Shown here one piece after another: positions 15,500 to 30,087 of a DNA stretch of 64,000 nt (its first letter is position 1; every line of letters starts with the position of its first letter). The notes beneath the pieces were generated by a model that did not search any database, had not been told where the DNA came from, and saw only the letters and a list, made by a program, of their open reading frames with translations. A program made the translations under genes and the position numbers. The stretch is taken from positions 48,484,001 through 48,548,000 of the forward strand of contig OZ024746.1 in NCBI GenBank assembly GCA_964016885.1. The letters are read 5' to 3'. Source of the DNA: Eledone cirrhosa. Lineage: Eukaryota.

Positions 15500-15890
15500 T
15501 AAGTATGTATACGTACATACATATATGTATACAGACGTACAGTAGTATGTATATACACATATGCACACACATATATATGTACGTATGGGTTTACCGAACA
15601 TTTATTATAATGCATCGTTCCTTTGTCAGTGTTGAACAAAAGGGCAACGATGGTTGCCGAATACTGTACAGCTAATAATTCGGGCTGTTTGTTTACACAC
15701 AAACCGAGCAATATAATAAATGTTCGGTAAACCCATACGTACATATGTATATGTGTGCATGGGTGTATGTATATGTGCATGTGTGTATGTATATACATAC
15801 TACTGTACGTCTGTATACATATATGTATGTACGTATACATACTTATATTTAAGTATCAGCCATACTAAGAGTGAGAAATGAAATTTTATT
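15500..15890. repeat. Second fold-back copy of the same repeat family
   Basis: GGGTTTACCGAACATTTATTATA...TAATAAATGTTCGGTAAACCC arms, flanked by (TA)n. Confidence 0.8.
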
Positions 15891-15908
15891 TTTTCTATTT
15901 ATATATAT

Positions 15909-15909
<1 letters not shown>

Positions 15910-15941
<32 letters not shown>

Positions 15942-16642
15942 GTTTAACGTCCATGTTCCACGCTTGCATGGGTTTGGACGGGGGTTTTCCCACTTGAGGC
16001 AAGAGTGGTTGTCTTGCTCGCATAGGACTGTCTGGCGGGTTTTCTACAGCTGGATGCCCTTCCTAACACCAACCACATTTACAGTGTGGGGCTGGGAGGT
16101 TTTTACCGTGTTGCCTACACGGCCACATTACAGTGTGGACTGTCTGGCGTGTTTTCTACAGCTGGATACCCTTCCTAACACCAACCACATTTACAGTGTG
16201 GGACTGGGAGGTTTTTACCGTGTTGCCTACACGGCCACATTACAGAGTGGACTGTGTGTTTTTTGTCGTGACACCTACACGATCTCATTTGTTTCGGCCT
16301 GGATGTTGTGGCACCAACATAACTTTGCATTGAAGGGGGCGGTGTGGATGGGGTGGGACGGGGGTGTATTTTGTTAGAGATGCCTACTGACTAGTAGGTA
16401 TTTTTTTGTATTTAGGTAAGGCGGGTCTTCTCTGTTACTGAGTACCGCCAAAGGTCTCGGTCCAGTGACACTGTCTTGGAGAGGTGTAAGTGTGTGAGGT
16501 CGGAATTTATCAGCTCGTCCCAGGTTTTCCTGGGTCTGCCTACTCCGTGGCTACCATCTATCTTTATTGCCCTGCACTTTGTTATACAGCTGTCGTCTTT
16601 CATGCGCATCACGTGACCATACCAACGTAGCCTTCTCTCGAG
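15910..16642 (-). mobile_element. RTE-clade LINE 3' end (ORF C-terminus, 3' UTR, (TGA)n tail)
   Basis: ERRLRWYGHVMRM...GRPRKTW...DRDLWR, a GGATGCCCTTCCTAACACCAACC UTR motif with a tandem duplication, and a (CAT)n tract at 15910-15941. Confidence 0.85.
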
Positions 16643-16658
16643 TAATATATTTATATAC

Positions 16659-16741
<83 letters not shown>

Positions 16742-16813
16742 AAGAAAAAAAGATGAAATCGAAAATGCAACTGGAGTCTTATTTTTTTAAAAATATATAT
16801 ATTTATTTGGTTC

Positions 16814-16849
16814 CTTTACCGGTTTCGCAGTTCTTCTGCTTTTCAAAAG
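16814..16849 (-). ncRNA. Minimal type I hammerhead ribozyme, U3-A8 core variant
   Basis: Minus strand: CUU UUGAAAA GCAG-aagaa-CUGC GAAA CCGG UA^AAG. Stems I, II and III all pair, and stem III is the palindrome ACCGGU. Confidence 0.7.
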
Positions 16850-17109
16850 TAGAGTTGACATGGAGGGTCTGTGGTTTTAGAAAAAAAAAAAAAATGTTTA
16901 TCCCGGGTTCAATCGGGGGTAACCACAGTAAGTAAGGTACTCAATACATAGCAGAGTATACATATATAATATAGAAATAGCTTCTACAAGACTAGAACTG
17001 TTACATTCGGGAGAAATCGTCAGGAAGTCCCTGATGATTTCTTCCGAATGAAACAGCTCTAGTTCCGTAGAAGACATTTCTATATTAAATAAATATATAT
17101 ATATATACA

Positions 17110-18137
<1,028 letters not shown>

Positions 18138-18829
18138 GCAGCTGCTGCATCGCAGGACTCTTACCAGTAACGTGTGCATTTATGTCTTATATGGAGCCAG
18201 TAGATATTCATAGTGAAAGCAGAGAGAAAGCCTAACCTTTCAGAAGCCGTTTTATTCATGATATAGATATGCTATTAAAGTTTATCAGAGATTGAAAGGT
18301 CTAGCAATTATTATTTGTGAATTTGTTTCTTGTTTTTGTTTCAGTTGTCATAATATATTGTTCTCGTAAATGTTTTACTCTCTCTACTGCTGTTATTTTT
18401 CATTTAACCCCTGAGTAGTCATAATCAAGGAGATTTAATAACCAGAGCTGTCCAATCCTGATTGATTAGCTAATCTTATTATCAAATCTACGTCGCACAG
18501 TACCTTATGTCTTTCATTTATTTTGTAGACGGTAGGGGGTGTAATTTGACGAAATTGACTATTTTCTCTAGCAAGTTACTCGAACACGCAAAGCTCCTTT
18601 ATTATCTCGTCTCTCCCTGCTGTTCGTATGTCGCGCTATGTTTGCGTCTGTTATACAGTATAAAACGTAGGATACTACCATAATTAAGAATGAGAGCACA
18701 AACACACATTCACTCGCACACACGTACATACAATTGTACATATATATGTAGGCTGAAATGATTAATCGGATAATTAGTTGTCTCTTCGTATATGTAGGTG
18801 CTCCCACTGCTACACATTTATAGATATAT

Positions 18830-19112
18830 ATATACGGACACCCCAAGAGATTTACATGCATTTAGGTATATATATGCACCTCCACCTTTACACACACTTA
18901 TATATATATACGGACACCCCAAGAGATTTATATGCATTTAGGTATATGTGTCCACCTCCACCTATACACACACACACATATATATATACGGACACCCCAA
19001 GAGATTTACATGCATTTAGGTATATGTATGCACTCTCGCCTATACACACACTTATATATATATATATATATATATGGACACCCCCAAGAGATATATGTAT
19101 TTAGGTATATGC
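18830..19112. repeat. Minisatellite, ~75-90 bp unit, ~3.5 copies
   Basis: ATACGGACACCCCAAGAGATTTA(C/T)ATGCATTTAGGTATAT is repeated. Confidence 0.85.
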
Positions 19113-19247
19113 ATTATTGAAACTAACTTTCTAAGCCGATTATATCATTTGTACCGTTTGCACGAATTTACTCTAAATGCATTGTGTAAAAAGCATTTGC
19201 ATCAAGATCTATGTCTGTCATCCATTTCATTTCATCATTAATATCAA

Positions 19248-19437
19248 AGGTGGTGGATTGGCAGTATCGGTAGAGGGTTGGACGCCATGCTTTGACGTAT
19301 AGAGTTACGGCCCTTGCCATTCTGAGTTCAAATTCCGCCGAGGTTAACTTTGCCTTTCATCCTTACGGGGTCGATAAAATAAAGTACCAGTAATGCACTG
19401 AGTAATTGCTGGCCTTGTGCCAAAAAGTAGAAACAAT
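19248..19437 (+). mobile_element. SINE A, full length
   Basis: Matches the family consensus with A and B boxes. Confidence 0.9.
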
Positions 19438-19477
19438 TAATATAAAATTCTCTAAACAGCAACAATAACAACAACAA

Positions 19478-19537
<60 letters not shown>

Positions 19538-19540
19538 ATA

Positions 19541-19872
19541 GACCCCATTCGGTCACGAATGATCATGGCATTTGTACCTAGAAAGTTTTCCTCCGAGGCA
19601 CATGTCCGAGCAAGGTTGTTAGTGGAAGACCAGCAGTCGCCCATGCATACCAGCCTCCCCCTCTCCACGCCACCGATATTGTCCAAGGGAAAGGTAATGA
19701 CTGATACAGCTTGCACCAGTGACGTCGCAACTCACTTCTACAGTTGAGTAAACTGGAGCAACGTTAAATAATGAGTCTTGCTCAAGGAAACAACGCATCA
19801 CCTGGTCCGAGAATCAAACTCACAACCTTACGATTGCAAACCCAATGCTCTAACCACTAAGCCATGCGCCTT
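19541..19872 (-). mobile_element. tRNA-derived SINE family B, flanked by (CTA)n
   Basis: Minus strand GGCGCATGGCTTAGTGGTTAGAGC (A box), GAGTTTGATTC (B box) and TCCTTGAGCAAGAC. A 5' part recurs at 54377-54500. Confidence 0.8.
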
Positions 19873-19911
<39 letters not shown>

Positions 19912-19976
19912 AAATAATAATAATAATGATGATTTTTTTATTGGCCACAAGGCCCACATATAGGGCACATAATAAT

Positions 19977-20167
19977 AATTGTTTCTTCTTTTGACACAAG
20001 GCCAGCAATTACCCAGTGCATTACTGGTACTTTATTTTATCGACCCCGTAAGGATGAAAGGCAAAGTTAACCTCGGCGGGATTTTAACTCAGAATGGAAG
20101 GGGCCGTAACTCTATGCGTCAAAGCATGGGGTTCGATCTCTACCGATACTGCCAATCTACCGCCCTA
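19977..20167 (-). mobile_element. SINE A, full length
   Basis: Reverse complement of the consensus. Confidence 0.9.
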
Positions 20168-20199
20168 GGGCACATAATAATAATAATAGGGTAACGAAG

Positions 20200-21330
20200 T
20201 TTGAAATTTCAGACCAATTACATGCCTCCCTTTGATGTAGAAGCTCCTAACTGGAATATTAGTTGAAGAAGTGGAGAGAGAAAATCTGCTTCCTGGTGAG
20301 CAGAAGGGGTGTACGTGTAATAGCAGAGGAACGAAAGACCAGCTGATGATGAAGAACTACAAAAAAGAGGCTCACGAATCTGCCCGTTGCTTGGATTGAG
20401 TACCAGAAGGCCTATGACATCGTACCGCATTCTTGGATTCTTCACTGTATATCTTTAAGATATCAGACAACATCAAGATACTTAGAGAGAAATCAATGAC
20501 TAAATGGAAAGTAGAAGTAACATCAGCTAAAGAAAGATTAGGTGAAGGGAAGATAAAGACAGGCATCTTCCAATAAGACAGTTTAGCAGCAATTTTTGTT
20601 GTTGCAATGGTACCACAGTTGTTCTTAAAAGTCAATCTGTAAAGATAGGAGCAACTTCAATCATTTATTGTTTATGGATGAATTAAAATTATACAATATT
20701 AGTACAAGCAGTCAAAGTAATTTCCAAAGATATTGGGTAAGTTTGGTATTTCAAAATGTGCAATGATAGAAGTGAAGCGTGGAAAGCGGGTCGGTGTGAT
20801 GGAATCGAACTAGCAAACGATAAAAGAATCAAGTCACTGGAAACAGACGGAGCATATAAATAACTAGGCGTGTTACAAAGCCATAAATTAAAAAACAAAC
20901 AAAAAAATGAAAGAAATTGTTAAAAGAGAGTACTTTTGAAAATTGTGGACGATCCTCGACCAGTTTGAATGGTGAAAATACTGTGTAGGCAATAAAGGCC
21001 AGAACTGTTTCATTAATTAGGTATGGGGCAGGTATAGTAGAATGGACAAAAGTAGAGTTGAAGGAAATTGATCAGAAAACAAGGAAAATGCTCACATCTA
21101 TCTACAATGTGATGCAGACATGCTGTATTGGAAAAGAAAGGAGGGAAGTAGAGGATTACTGTGTATGTACAGGATGGTGTGAAAATAGAAGAAAGTGGTG
21201 TGGGTTTCTACATAAAAACTAAGGAAGAAAAGCTTCTACTGGAGGTTGTCAGGAAAGGCACATTTGATAAAAATGGAGACCCAGAAAACGCAAAGCCTGA
21301 GATTGCAGAAGAAGGTAAAAAGCATTTGAT
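20200..21330 (+). pseudogene. Degraded R4/Dong-like LINE reverse transcriptase
   Basis: Fragments AWIEYQKAYDIVPHSWI, TGIFQ*DSL, NHLLFMDELKLY, IRYGAGIVEWT...EIDQKTRKML and LYWKRKEGSRGL, with many stops and frameshifts. Confidence 0.8.
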
Positions 21331-22426
21331 GGGTCAACTTCATAGCCACTGACTATGATTGTCACAATTGTGTTTCTTTGATCCATGTATTATGAATAAC
21401 AAATGTAACAGTGAGTATGTACCTCAACATTTCAGCTTATTATTCCTTTTCAATATTTGTTATACCATTATCGTTGCCGCCTTTTGGTTGCGTGTATGTC
21501 TCTACACATATCAGATAAAGCCCCAGTCTAGTTTCTGTACTGGGGGTACCTACACCCTTTTTATTTGTACCATTCCTTCTGGCACGTTTCTGGACATGCT
21601 GTTTATACAGAGAAAGACTGGCTTCATAATTTTGCCAGATATTTTCTACAAATATATCTTTATTCTACTGGCAACACATTCAGATCTGTCATTCACAAAC
21701 CTATTTTTTCGCTCGGTTCTCTATACGACGGTGAATATCGTTGTTTTTGCTAAAATAGTTACTTATCACAGCTCATTCTACTGGTGTTTTTAAACGAAAT
21801 GTTAACTTTCTTTACTATTGTTATAACATGTCTATTTTGATGTACAATATTTCCTCGTTTATTTACATATATGATGTGAGTGTGTGATACTTTTAGTTTC
21901 GGAATTTTTGTTTCACACTGCGTGACGTAGAATTTTCTGCATGAGGACATAGTAGAATACAAATATTTGTCTAAAAGAAACAAAACTTAATTTTTGTTTG
22001 AAACTTGCACAGGTAGACTTCCCAAGTCTTTTGAGCTATCCGAGTGCCTGTAAATCCAATAAAACTCTATCAATGCAGTTATAGGAGTTAACCATGTCTG
22101 AGTATGTCAGCAGCAAATAATAAGTCACATAGCACGGATTACACAACACATACAGTATATATTTACTCACAACCCACACTATTCATAATCTCCACAACAG
22201 AACAAAGACTAAGATAACACCAGAAACGGTGACCTAAACACCATAACAAAACAATGCGCAAACAGTGAAAGTCTATACAATCTCTTACAAAAAATAAGAA
22301 CGCACACAATGCTGTATATAATTCAAGAACACGGATGTACAGTGGGTAACCCAATAGAAACTTACATGAAACAATCGAAGAACAGCGATAAAAACGACGA
22401 CGACTACAACACCAACGACAATAATA

Positions 22427-23228
22427 ATTGTTTCTACTTTAGGCACAAGGCCAGCAAATACCCAGTTCATTACTGGTACTTTATTTTATCGACCCCGTAA
22501 GGATGAAAGGCAAAGTCAACCTCGGCGGGATTTGAACTCAGATCGTAAAGGGACATAACTATGCTGGAAAGCATGGCGTCCGACCCTCTACCGATACTGC
22601 CAATCCACAACGACAATAATAATGATTTCTAATTAAGGTACGAGGCCAGCAATTTGAAGGTAGGGGAAAATCGATTAAATCGACCCCAGTACTGACTGGT
22701 GCTTTATTTTATCGACGCTGTAAGGATGAAAGGCAAAGCTGACCTCGGTGGGATTCGAACTCAGAACGTAAAGGGCCATAATGTGTGCCGCGAAACATGT
22801 GGTCCAGCGCTCTACCGATACTGCCAATCCTAATAATAATAATGGTGTGTTATATAGGCACAAGGCCAGAAATTTTGGGGGAGGGGAAAGTCGATTAAAT
22901 CGACCCCAGTGCGTCACTGGTACTTTAGTTTATTGACCCCGTAAGGATGAAAGGCAAAGTTAACCTCGGCGGGATTTGAACTCAGAACATAAAGGGCCAT
23001 AACTGTATGCCACGAAGCAAGTGGTCTGGCGCTCTACCGATACTGTCAATCCTAATAATAATAATAATTGTTTCTACTTTTGGCACAAGGTCAATGTATT
23101 ACGGGTACTTTATTTTATCGACCCCCGTAAGGATGAAAGGCAAAGCTAACCTCGGTGGGATTTGAACTCAGACCATAAAGCGCCGTAACTCTTTGCTGCA
23201 AAGCAAGGTGTCCAACCCTCTACCGATA
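22427..23228 (-). mobile_element. Head-to-tail array of four SINE A copies separated by (AAT)n
   Basis: Copies at about 22427-22607, 22625-22830, 22856-23052 and 23068-23228. Confidence 0.85.
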
Positions 23229-23780
23229 ATATAGTTAATTACTTCATTGAAAAATGAAAAATAAAATTCTAAGATTAAAGGATAATACGTTACCCAATGG
23301 AATTATATAGCCTGATGAATGTTTACAGCATTTACAGGACAGATGAGAGAGGGTGGAGAAAGAGAGAGTGAGGCTGAGCAGGAAATAATTATTTCGGCAT
23401 ACAGTGAGTGATTCATGATCACGCTTCATGTTTCTAATAACCACATCTAGAATTGATTTCCAAAGTAGACGGTTTCCTTGTTTCTAGATTTCTAAATTGA
23501 GAAAACTAACCTGAAATGAAACTGAAGATAGTTTTCTTCATTGTGATCGTTCAAATATTATCCTAGATGTTTGATTATTGTTATTTTTTTATTGATAAAT
23601 TAATATTTCTATATGTATTCTTATTTTACGCAGAAAACAAAAGCACTTCAATCCCATTTAAAAATAAATAGATTGAATTAGTCGCTTATACATTCAACGT
23701 TTATTGTTATATTTGCTATTACGATGTTTATTTTTGTAATTTTTTCTTCTTCTCCTCCGTTCATGTTTTCTTCTTGTCTT

Positions 23781-23859
<79 letters not shown>

Positions 23860-24627
23860 CCTTTCTCTCTCCTATCTCCCATTCTCAGCTCCCCCCCCAT
23901 CTCTCTCTCCCTATTCTCCCTTCTTTCATTGATTCCGATATAAACGTCGGCTGTACGACAAAACAACAAAACACCAATGAATTTTAACATGGAGTTTTTT
24001 TCTTTCTAACTCAATCGAATTGAAATACATCGTTCGCAATGACACTGATTTCATAAGGTTTCACGAGAATAAGTGCATAAAATGTAATGTAGTGATGCAT
24101 ATATTAATGATATTAACTTGTATTACTGTTGATTGCACTTGGAGAGCTTTTGAGTGCGCTGATTGTGATTCTATATACAGCAGGAAAACTGCGTGACTGT
24201 TATACAACCGGTAGGAAGATCTGTTGCGAAATGGAGCAGAAAGAACTAGGAACCTATATACATCCATTCAGCCATACAGAGATACATATATACATACATG
24301 CATAATTCATACATGTTACATACATACATATATACATACATACATGCACGCACACGCATTGACAGACATCACATACACAAACATGAATAAATATATAAAC
24401 GCATATATATATATGTATATGTAAGTATATATATAAATATGTATATATACATATATATACATATATATATATATGTATACATATATTTATATATACATAA
24501 ATATATGTACATATATATGTATATATATATATAATACATACATATATATACATATATATATATATATATGTATATATATACAGATATATATATGGATTTT
24601 AGTCTTCAAATTTATTATTATTACTAT

Positions 24628-24660
<33 letters not shown>

Positions 24661-25158
24661 CATACAGACACATTTAAGTGTTTGAGTATCTTAGTAAGTG
24701 CATATACATACGCATATATTTACACATGTATATTTACACACATATATACATACACATATAAATGTATATTTACACACATATTTACACACGTATATCACTT
24801 CCTATTTATATATACATACATACACAACCACAAGTCACACACATACACACACATACACACACTCAGACACATACACACGTATGAGTGTATCTCTAAACAT
24901 GTATATGTTTGAATGTTTCGCTCAGGTTACATCTCTTTCGCATTCGTTCTACTTGTTCTAGGGAAATTCTAATTCTTATTCCCATTCATCAAGATTCATC
25001 CAGTATAAGAGTTACTTCAGAAACCTGCTTTTAAGTTACGAGATTCTTCTTTTTGGTATTGACACAATAATAGATTAAATGAGTTTATTACTAAGGATTC
25101 CAATGTGATGATGACTGTGATGGTGACTGAGATGGTGACAAGGACGATGACGACGACT

Positions 25159-26000
25159 ATGTATGTATGTATGTATGTTCTTCTGGTTTTATAATTTCAC
25201 AAAGTTTTACCAATAGAGAGAGAGTCGGTTTCTAACATAGACACAAGACTCTCTCATTGGAGTTTACACAACATCAACCAGGTAGATATGTATGTATGCA
25301 TGTATGTGTAGATATGGATGTTATTGTATGTGTGGATGTGTATGTTTTGAGTTGTATGTGTGCATGTGTATATGCTTTGCATCTGTACATGTGTATATGC
25401 AGTTATTAGATGCAAAGTTTTGGGAATGTTTTACATATTTTTACTGTTCCATTAACGGACTGTACTTGTAATTTCCTAACTAGTTGTGTTCTTTCTGTTC
25501 CTGTGAAGCCTAGCTTCTCAAGATTTGTATTGAGGCAGTTACTAACATATCCCAGTGCCCCAATAATCAGAGGCATAAATCTGAAGGTGTAATCAGGGTG
25601 GAGTATCTGCAGATTTCTCATCAGTTCTGCATAAATATTCTCTTTTTCACTAATCTTTTATATTATATTGGCATCTGCTGGGCAGCTAATTCCCACTACT
25701 GTGCATGCTTTTTTTATCCCTGTCCCATATCATAATATTTGGTCTGTTATGCCTGCATTTTATTGTGGTTTTTACTGGAACATTCCACCAGTACTCTTTC
25801 ATATTAGGTACATGGATGTCTTCCACATTGGTGTAGCTTTTAATGTGTTTATTATCGGGGCTACTTTTTCACGAACTGCATTGTACAGTGTTTTGGCCAC
25901 TACAACATGCCTCATAGGTAGATAGTACCGCGATGACAACTTTGGACAGCTGCTGATGACATGGGTGATATCCTCGATGTTAGTTCTGCAGAGTCTGCAG
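25159..26000 (-). mobile_element. 5'-truncated R4/Dong-like RLE LINE (copy 1) with (CATA)n tail
   Basis: Contains the CCHC end (EDITHVISSC), RHVVVAKTLYN, RHNRPNIMIWD and IIGALG. The 3' UTR is near-identical to copy 2 at 61405-62750. Confidence 0.85.
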
Positions 26001-26011
26001 AACTAACATCG

Positions 26012-26044
26012 TTAGCGTTTCGGACGCTAGTCCTTCATCAGAAA
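26012..26044 (-). ncRNA. Minimal hammerhead ribozyme, canonical core, stems I and III damaged
   Basis: Minus strand UUU CUGAUGA A GGAC-uagc-GUCC GAAA CGCUA. Related degenerate copies at about 5648-5680 and 8229-8242. Confidence 0.55.
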
Positions 26045-26325
26045 ATAGAAGAAGAAATTAAAGAAAACATAGAAAGATAGAGGAGACTGAGTAAGTTAGA
26101 GGAAAAGAAACTGAGTGAGAAGAGGAGACAATTTTTAGAGTTAGTGAAAGATGTGAGTCGTAGGATATTTGTATATACAAAAAATCAATAAAAGATCCAG
26201 TAATCCGAAGGAGTGTCCTGATGGAAGTTCACACACACACACACACGTGTGTGTGTCTGTGTTCGTATATACATATTTATATTCACTAATAATACAATAT
26301 TTCTCACTAATTCACTCATCAACTC

Positions 26326-26378
<53 letters not shown>

Positions 26379-26737
26379 TTGTTTATATGCGTGTATATGT
26401 TTAATTGTGTTCATGTATATGTGTATATGCGTCTATATGTTTGTGTGTGTTCATGTATATGATTATATGTGTATATGTGTATATGTGTGTATGTGTGCGT
26501 ACGTACACATATGGTACACACTCTGACACACTCACAGACGTTCACAGATACCCATACCCAGGCATATGAATATTTATGTATCAGCACTGTATTATCCTTT
26601 GGCATGCTGTCAAGATATGAAGTTAGATAATCGAACAGGCATAGATAAAGAATAATTATTAAAAAAACTATACAACAAAAAAATAATAAATAACATCTCG
26701 TTATTACTGCTATCGTAATCATTCTCTATATGGTGAT

Positions 26738-27255
26738 GTGATGATGACAATGATGATGATGATGACGACGACAGCAACGACGATGACGACGACGAGGACT
26801 ATGACGACGAAGTTGATGATGATGATTATGATGATCATGATGAAGATGATAATGATCATAATGGTGATGAGGATGATGGTAAGAGTAAATATGATAATGA
26901 TAATGGTGATAATAATGACGACAGCGATGATGGTATTGGTGGTGATGATGATGATGATGATGCTGATAAACGCGATGATGATGATAAACACAATGAAGCT
27001 GGTCGTAGAAAGTCTGTAGCAAGAAAAGAAAAAGAAGACAAATTTGTCAGTAACAACAACAACAACAACAATAATAACAACAACAACAACGACTGCAGCA
27101 GCAGAAACATCAACAACAGCCACAACAACAACCACAACAACAGCAGCAATATCAACAACAACAACACCACCAACACCAACACCAACAATAAAAACAACAA
27201 ACGCAACAACAGCAGCAACAACAACAACCACAACAACAACAGAAGCAGAAGCAGC

Positions 27256-27286
<31 letters not shown>

Positions 27287-27366
27287 GTAAAAACAACAAC
27301 CGCAACAACAGCAGCAACAACAACAACAGAAGCAGAAGCAACAACAACAACAACAACAACAACATT

Positions 27367-27407
<41 letters not shown>

Positions 27408-27505
27408 AAACAACAACAACAACAACACCAACAACAACAACAGTAAAAACAACAACCGCAACAACAGCAGCAACAATGACAACAGCAGCCAACAACAACA
27501 ACAAT

Positions 27506-27548
<43 letters not shown>

Positions 27549-27598
27549 ACAACAGCAACAGCAACAACACAACAGCAACAACAACAACAACAGCAGCA
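26738..27598. repeat. Compound trinucleotide repeat (GAT)n then (ACA/GCA)n
   Basis: Degenerate triplet tracts that produce poly-T, poly-V and poly-L pseudo-ORFs. Confidence 0.9.
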
Positions 27599-27967
27599 AA
27601 TAAAAACCGTTTCTTACCTACCCCCTACAATACAATCTTTCTTTCATCTTAATTAATGAAAACAACGCTTCTTTTCTCTTTTCTGATGTTTCAGTTCTGA
27701 TTTGATTGTATTCTCTCACTTCTCAGATTCGGAATATTAAAGTCTTTGACTCCTCAACAATATCCTAATGAATGGCATAAATAATTAAATAATGATAACA
27801 ATAACGATCATAATAGAATGTTTAAAACAAAAACAACAACAACAACAAAATTATAAACAAAACAAAACAAAATGAAAATAATAATAATAATAATAACAAT
27901 AATAATAGCAATAACGGCAACAAGAAGAATGATAATATTATTAACACATCAACAATAATGATAAATA

Positions 27968-28148
27968 ATTGTTTCTACTTTAGGCACAAGGCCAGCAATT
28001 ACCCAGTTCATTACTGGTACTTTATTTTATCGACCCCGTAAGGATGAAAGGCAAAGTCAACCTCGGCGGGATTTGAACTTAGATCGTAAAGGGACGTAAC
28101 TCTGCTGGAAAGCATGGCGTCCGACCCTCTACCGATACTGCCAATCCA
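27968..28148 (-). mobile_element. SINE A
   Basis: Reverse complement of the consensus, embedded in (AAT)n-rich DNA. Confidence 0.9.
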
Positions 28149-28238
28149 ACAATAATGATAAATAATGAAAAATAAAAATGGAGATAACTACATAACCACA
28201 AACTTCATGACTTACACATGCATATATACATACATATG

Positions 28239-28295
<57 letters not shown>

Positions 28296-28350
28296 GCATA
28301 TATATATACACATACATATATGCATACATATACACACACACACACACATA

Positions 28351-28382
<32 letters not shown>

Positions 28383-28603
28383 CATTTTAGTACAGCATAG
28401 ACGAAGCTCTAGTATACAGCCAAGCTAGCGTGTATGCTTATTCGGTTTGTAGATTTAGCACTCAGATGAGTTAAGACCCCAGAGTATAACATTATGTTCA
28501 GACAGCTTAGCAAATTAGATATAGCAGTCGGCAGTCCGACCACATCACTAGAGCAACGAAAATACAGGACCCAGGTAAAGATTTTTTACTTATATATATA
28601 TAA

Positions 28604-28746
28604 CTAAGGAAATGTGGTAAGGAACCAGATGGACCATAACGCATCAAAGTACTCAATACTTAGGGTAGTAGAGTGGGTAATAGGAACGAGTAGGGCCCCG
28701 ACGGCTGAGCTCAAGCCGTTTCGACGGCTAATTCTGGACTTAGATG

Positions 28747-28748
<2 letters not shown>
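28604..28748 (-). mobile_element. Short terminus fragment of the Naiad-like PLE (3' half of HHR plus extension)
   Basis: Reverse complement of about 45752-45890, flanked by (TA)n. A similar fragment lies at 34945-35008. Confidence 0.8.
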
Positions 28749-28825
<77 letters not shown>

Positions 28826-29334
28826 AAAGAATAGAGGTTTAACACACAAGTTATTATATATTGGTAAACGGAATAGAAAATGCTGACAAATTGTTCACAG
28901 TTGAAAAATGGTTTAATTAGGAATAAAAGAGTATTAGTGATTGTATGGGTTAGTATTCAGTTGTGGTTTTAAGTTTTTAAGTTTTTACCGGTTGCGCATT
29001 TCTAAATATCTATTTCAAAATAATTTTGAGATAGAGTGTCCGTGCTGTTTGCTCTGATCTGATTAGTTTTGGGAATTCTACCTGTTTTTATGTTAAAAAA
29101 GTGGCTCCAGCGTTATTTTTGTGTTGCAAAAATTCTTGTGGTCAAAACAATTTTGATTGGTCGGTAGAGGTCATGTGAATGTAAAAAGTTGATTTTGCGC
29201 CAAGACTGTTTTTATGTTAAAAAAGTGGCTCCAGCAAAAATTCTTGGTCAAAACAATTTTGATTGGTCGGTAGAGGTCATGTGAATAAAAAATTGGTTTT
29301 GCGCCAAGATTGAGAAATGACTCTTTCACAACAA

Positions 29335-29388
<54 letters not shown>

Positions 29389-29459
29389 TAGTAGTAGTAA
29401 GGTGTTCGATGCTGCGACAATGGCCAGCAGCGATGTGTGTCAATTGGCTATTAAGATAA

Positions 29460-29526
<67 letters not shown>

Positions 29527-29705
29527 GCAGAGTAATTCGTGGTGGCAGGGATGGTCAGTAAGAATGTGTCTGAAAGCAATGGGGGGTATTTTAGCAAGTC
29601 AAAAGATATTTTTCAGCTTTTGTCTTATACGGAGAAGTGCGTGTGTGTGTGTGTGTGTATATAAGTCTCTTTGTATGTTGATGTACGCGTGTGTATGTGT
29701 TTGTG

Positions 29706-29770
<65 letters not shown>

Positions 29771-30087
29771 ACCAGTATTTTTTCCCCCCTGGTAAAATGT
29801 TGTACATTATTCGATTTTTTCAGTAAAATCGGTTCTCTTAATAGAACATCAAAAATCTTAACAATAAAAGGTGTGAAATGATATTCACTATATATATATA
29901 CACATACATATATTCACTACATATATATATATATATATACATATATACATACATATATATGCACATATATTTTTTTGTATTGCACCATAGAGCATGTGTG
30001 TTTACGTGTGTCATTGTGTTTATATGTGGGTAGAGATGTGTGCTGATGTAGGTATGTATGTTGACGTGTGTATGTTGTGGGTTCGTC

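Noticed and set aside
17027-17066. CUGAUGA...GAAA hammerhead candidate
   Set aside because: The core is present, but stems I and III do not pair and there is no valid cleavage context. At best it is a decayed copy.
27044-27652. Thr-rich mucin-like 202-aa ORF and antisense poly-Val/Leu ORFs
   Set aside because: Fully explained by (ACA/GCA)n repeats that are open in several frames, with no signal peptide or flanking domain.
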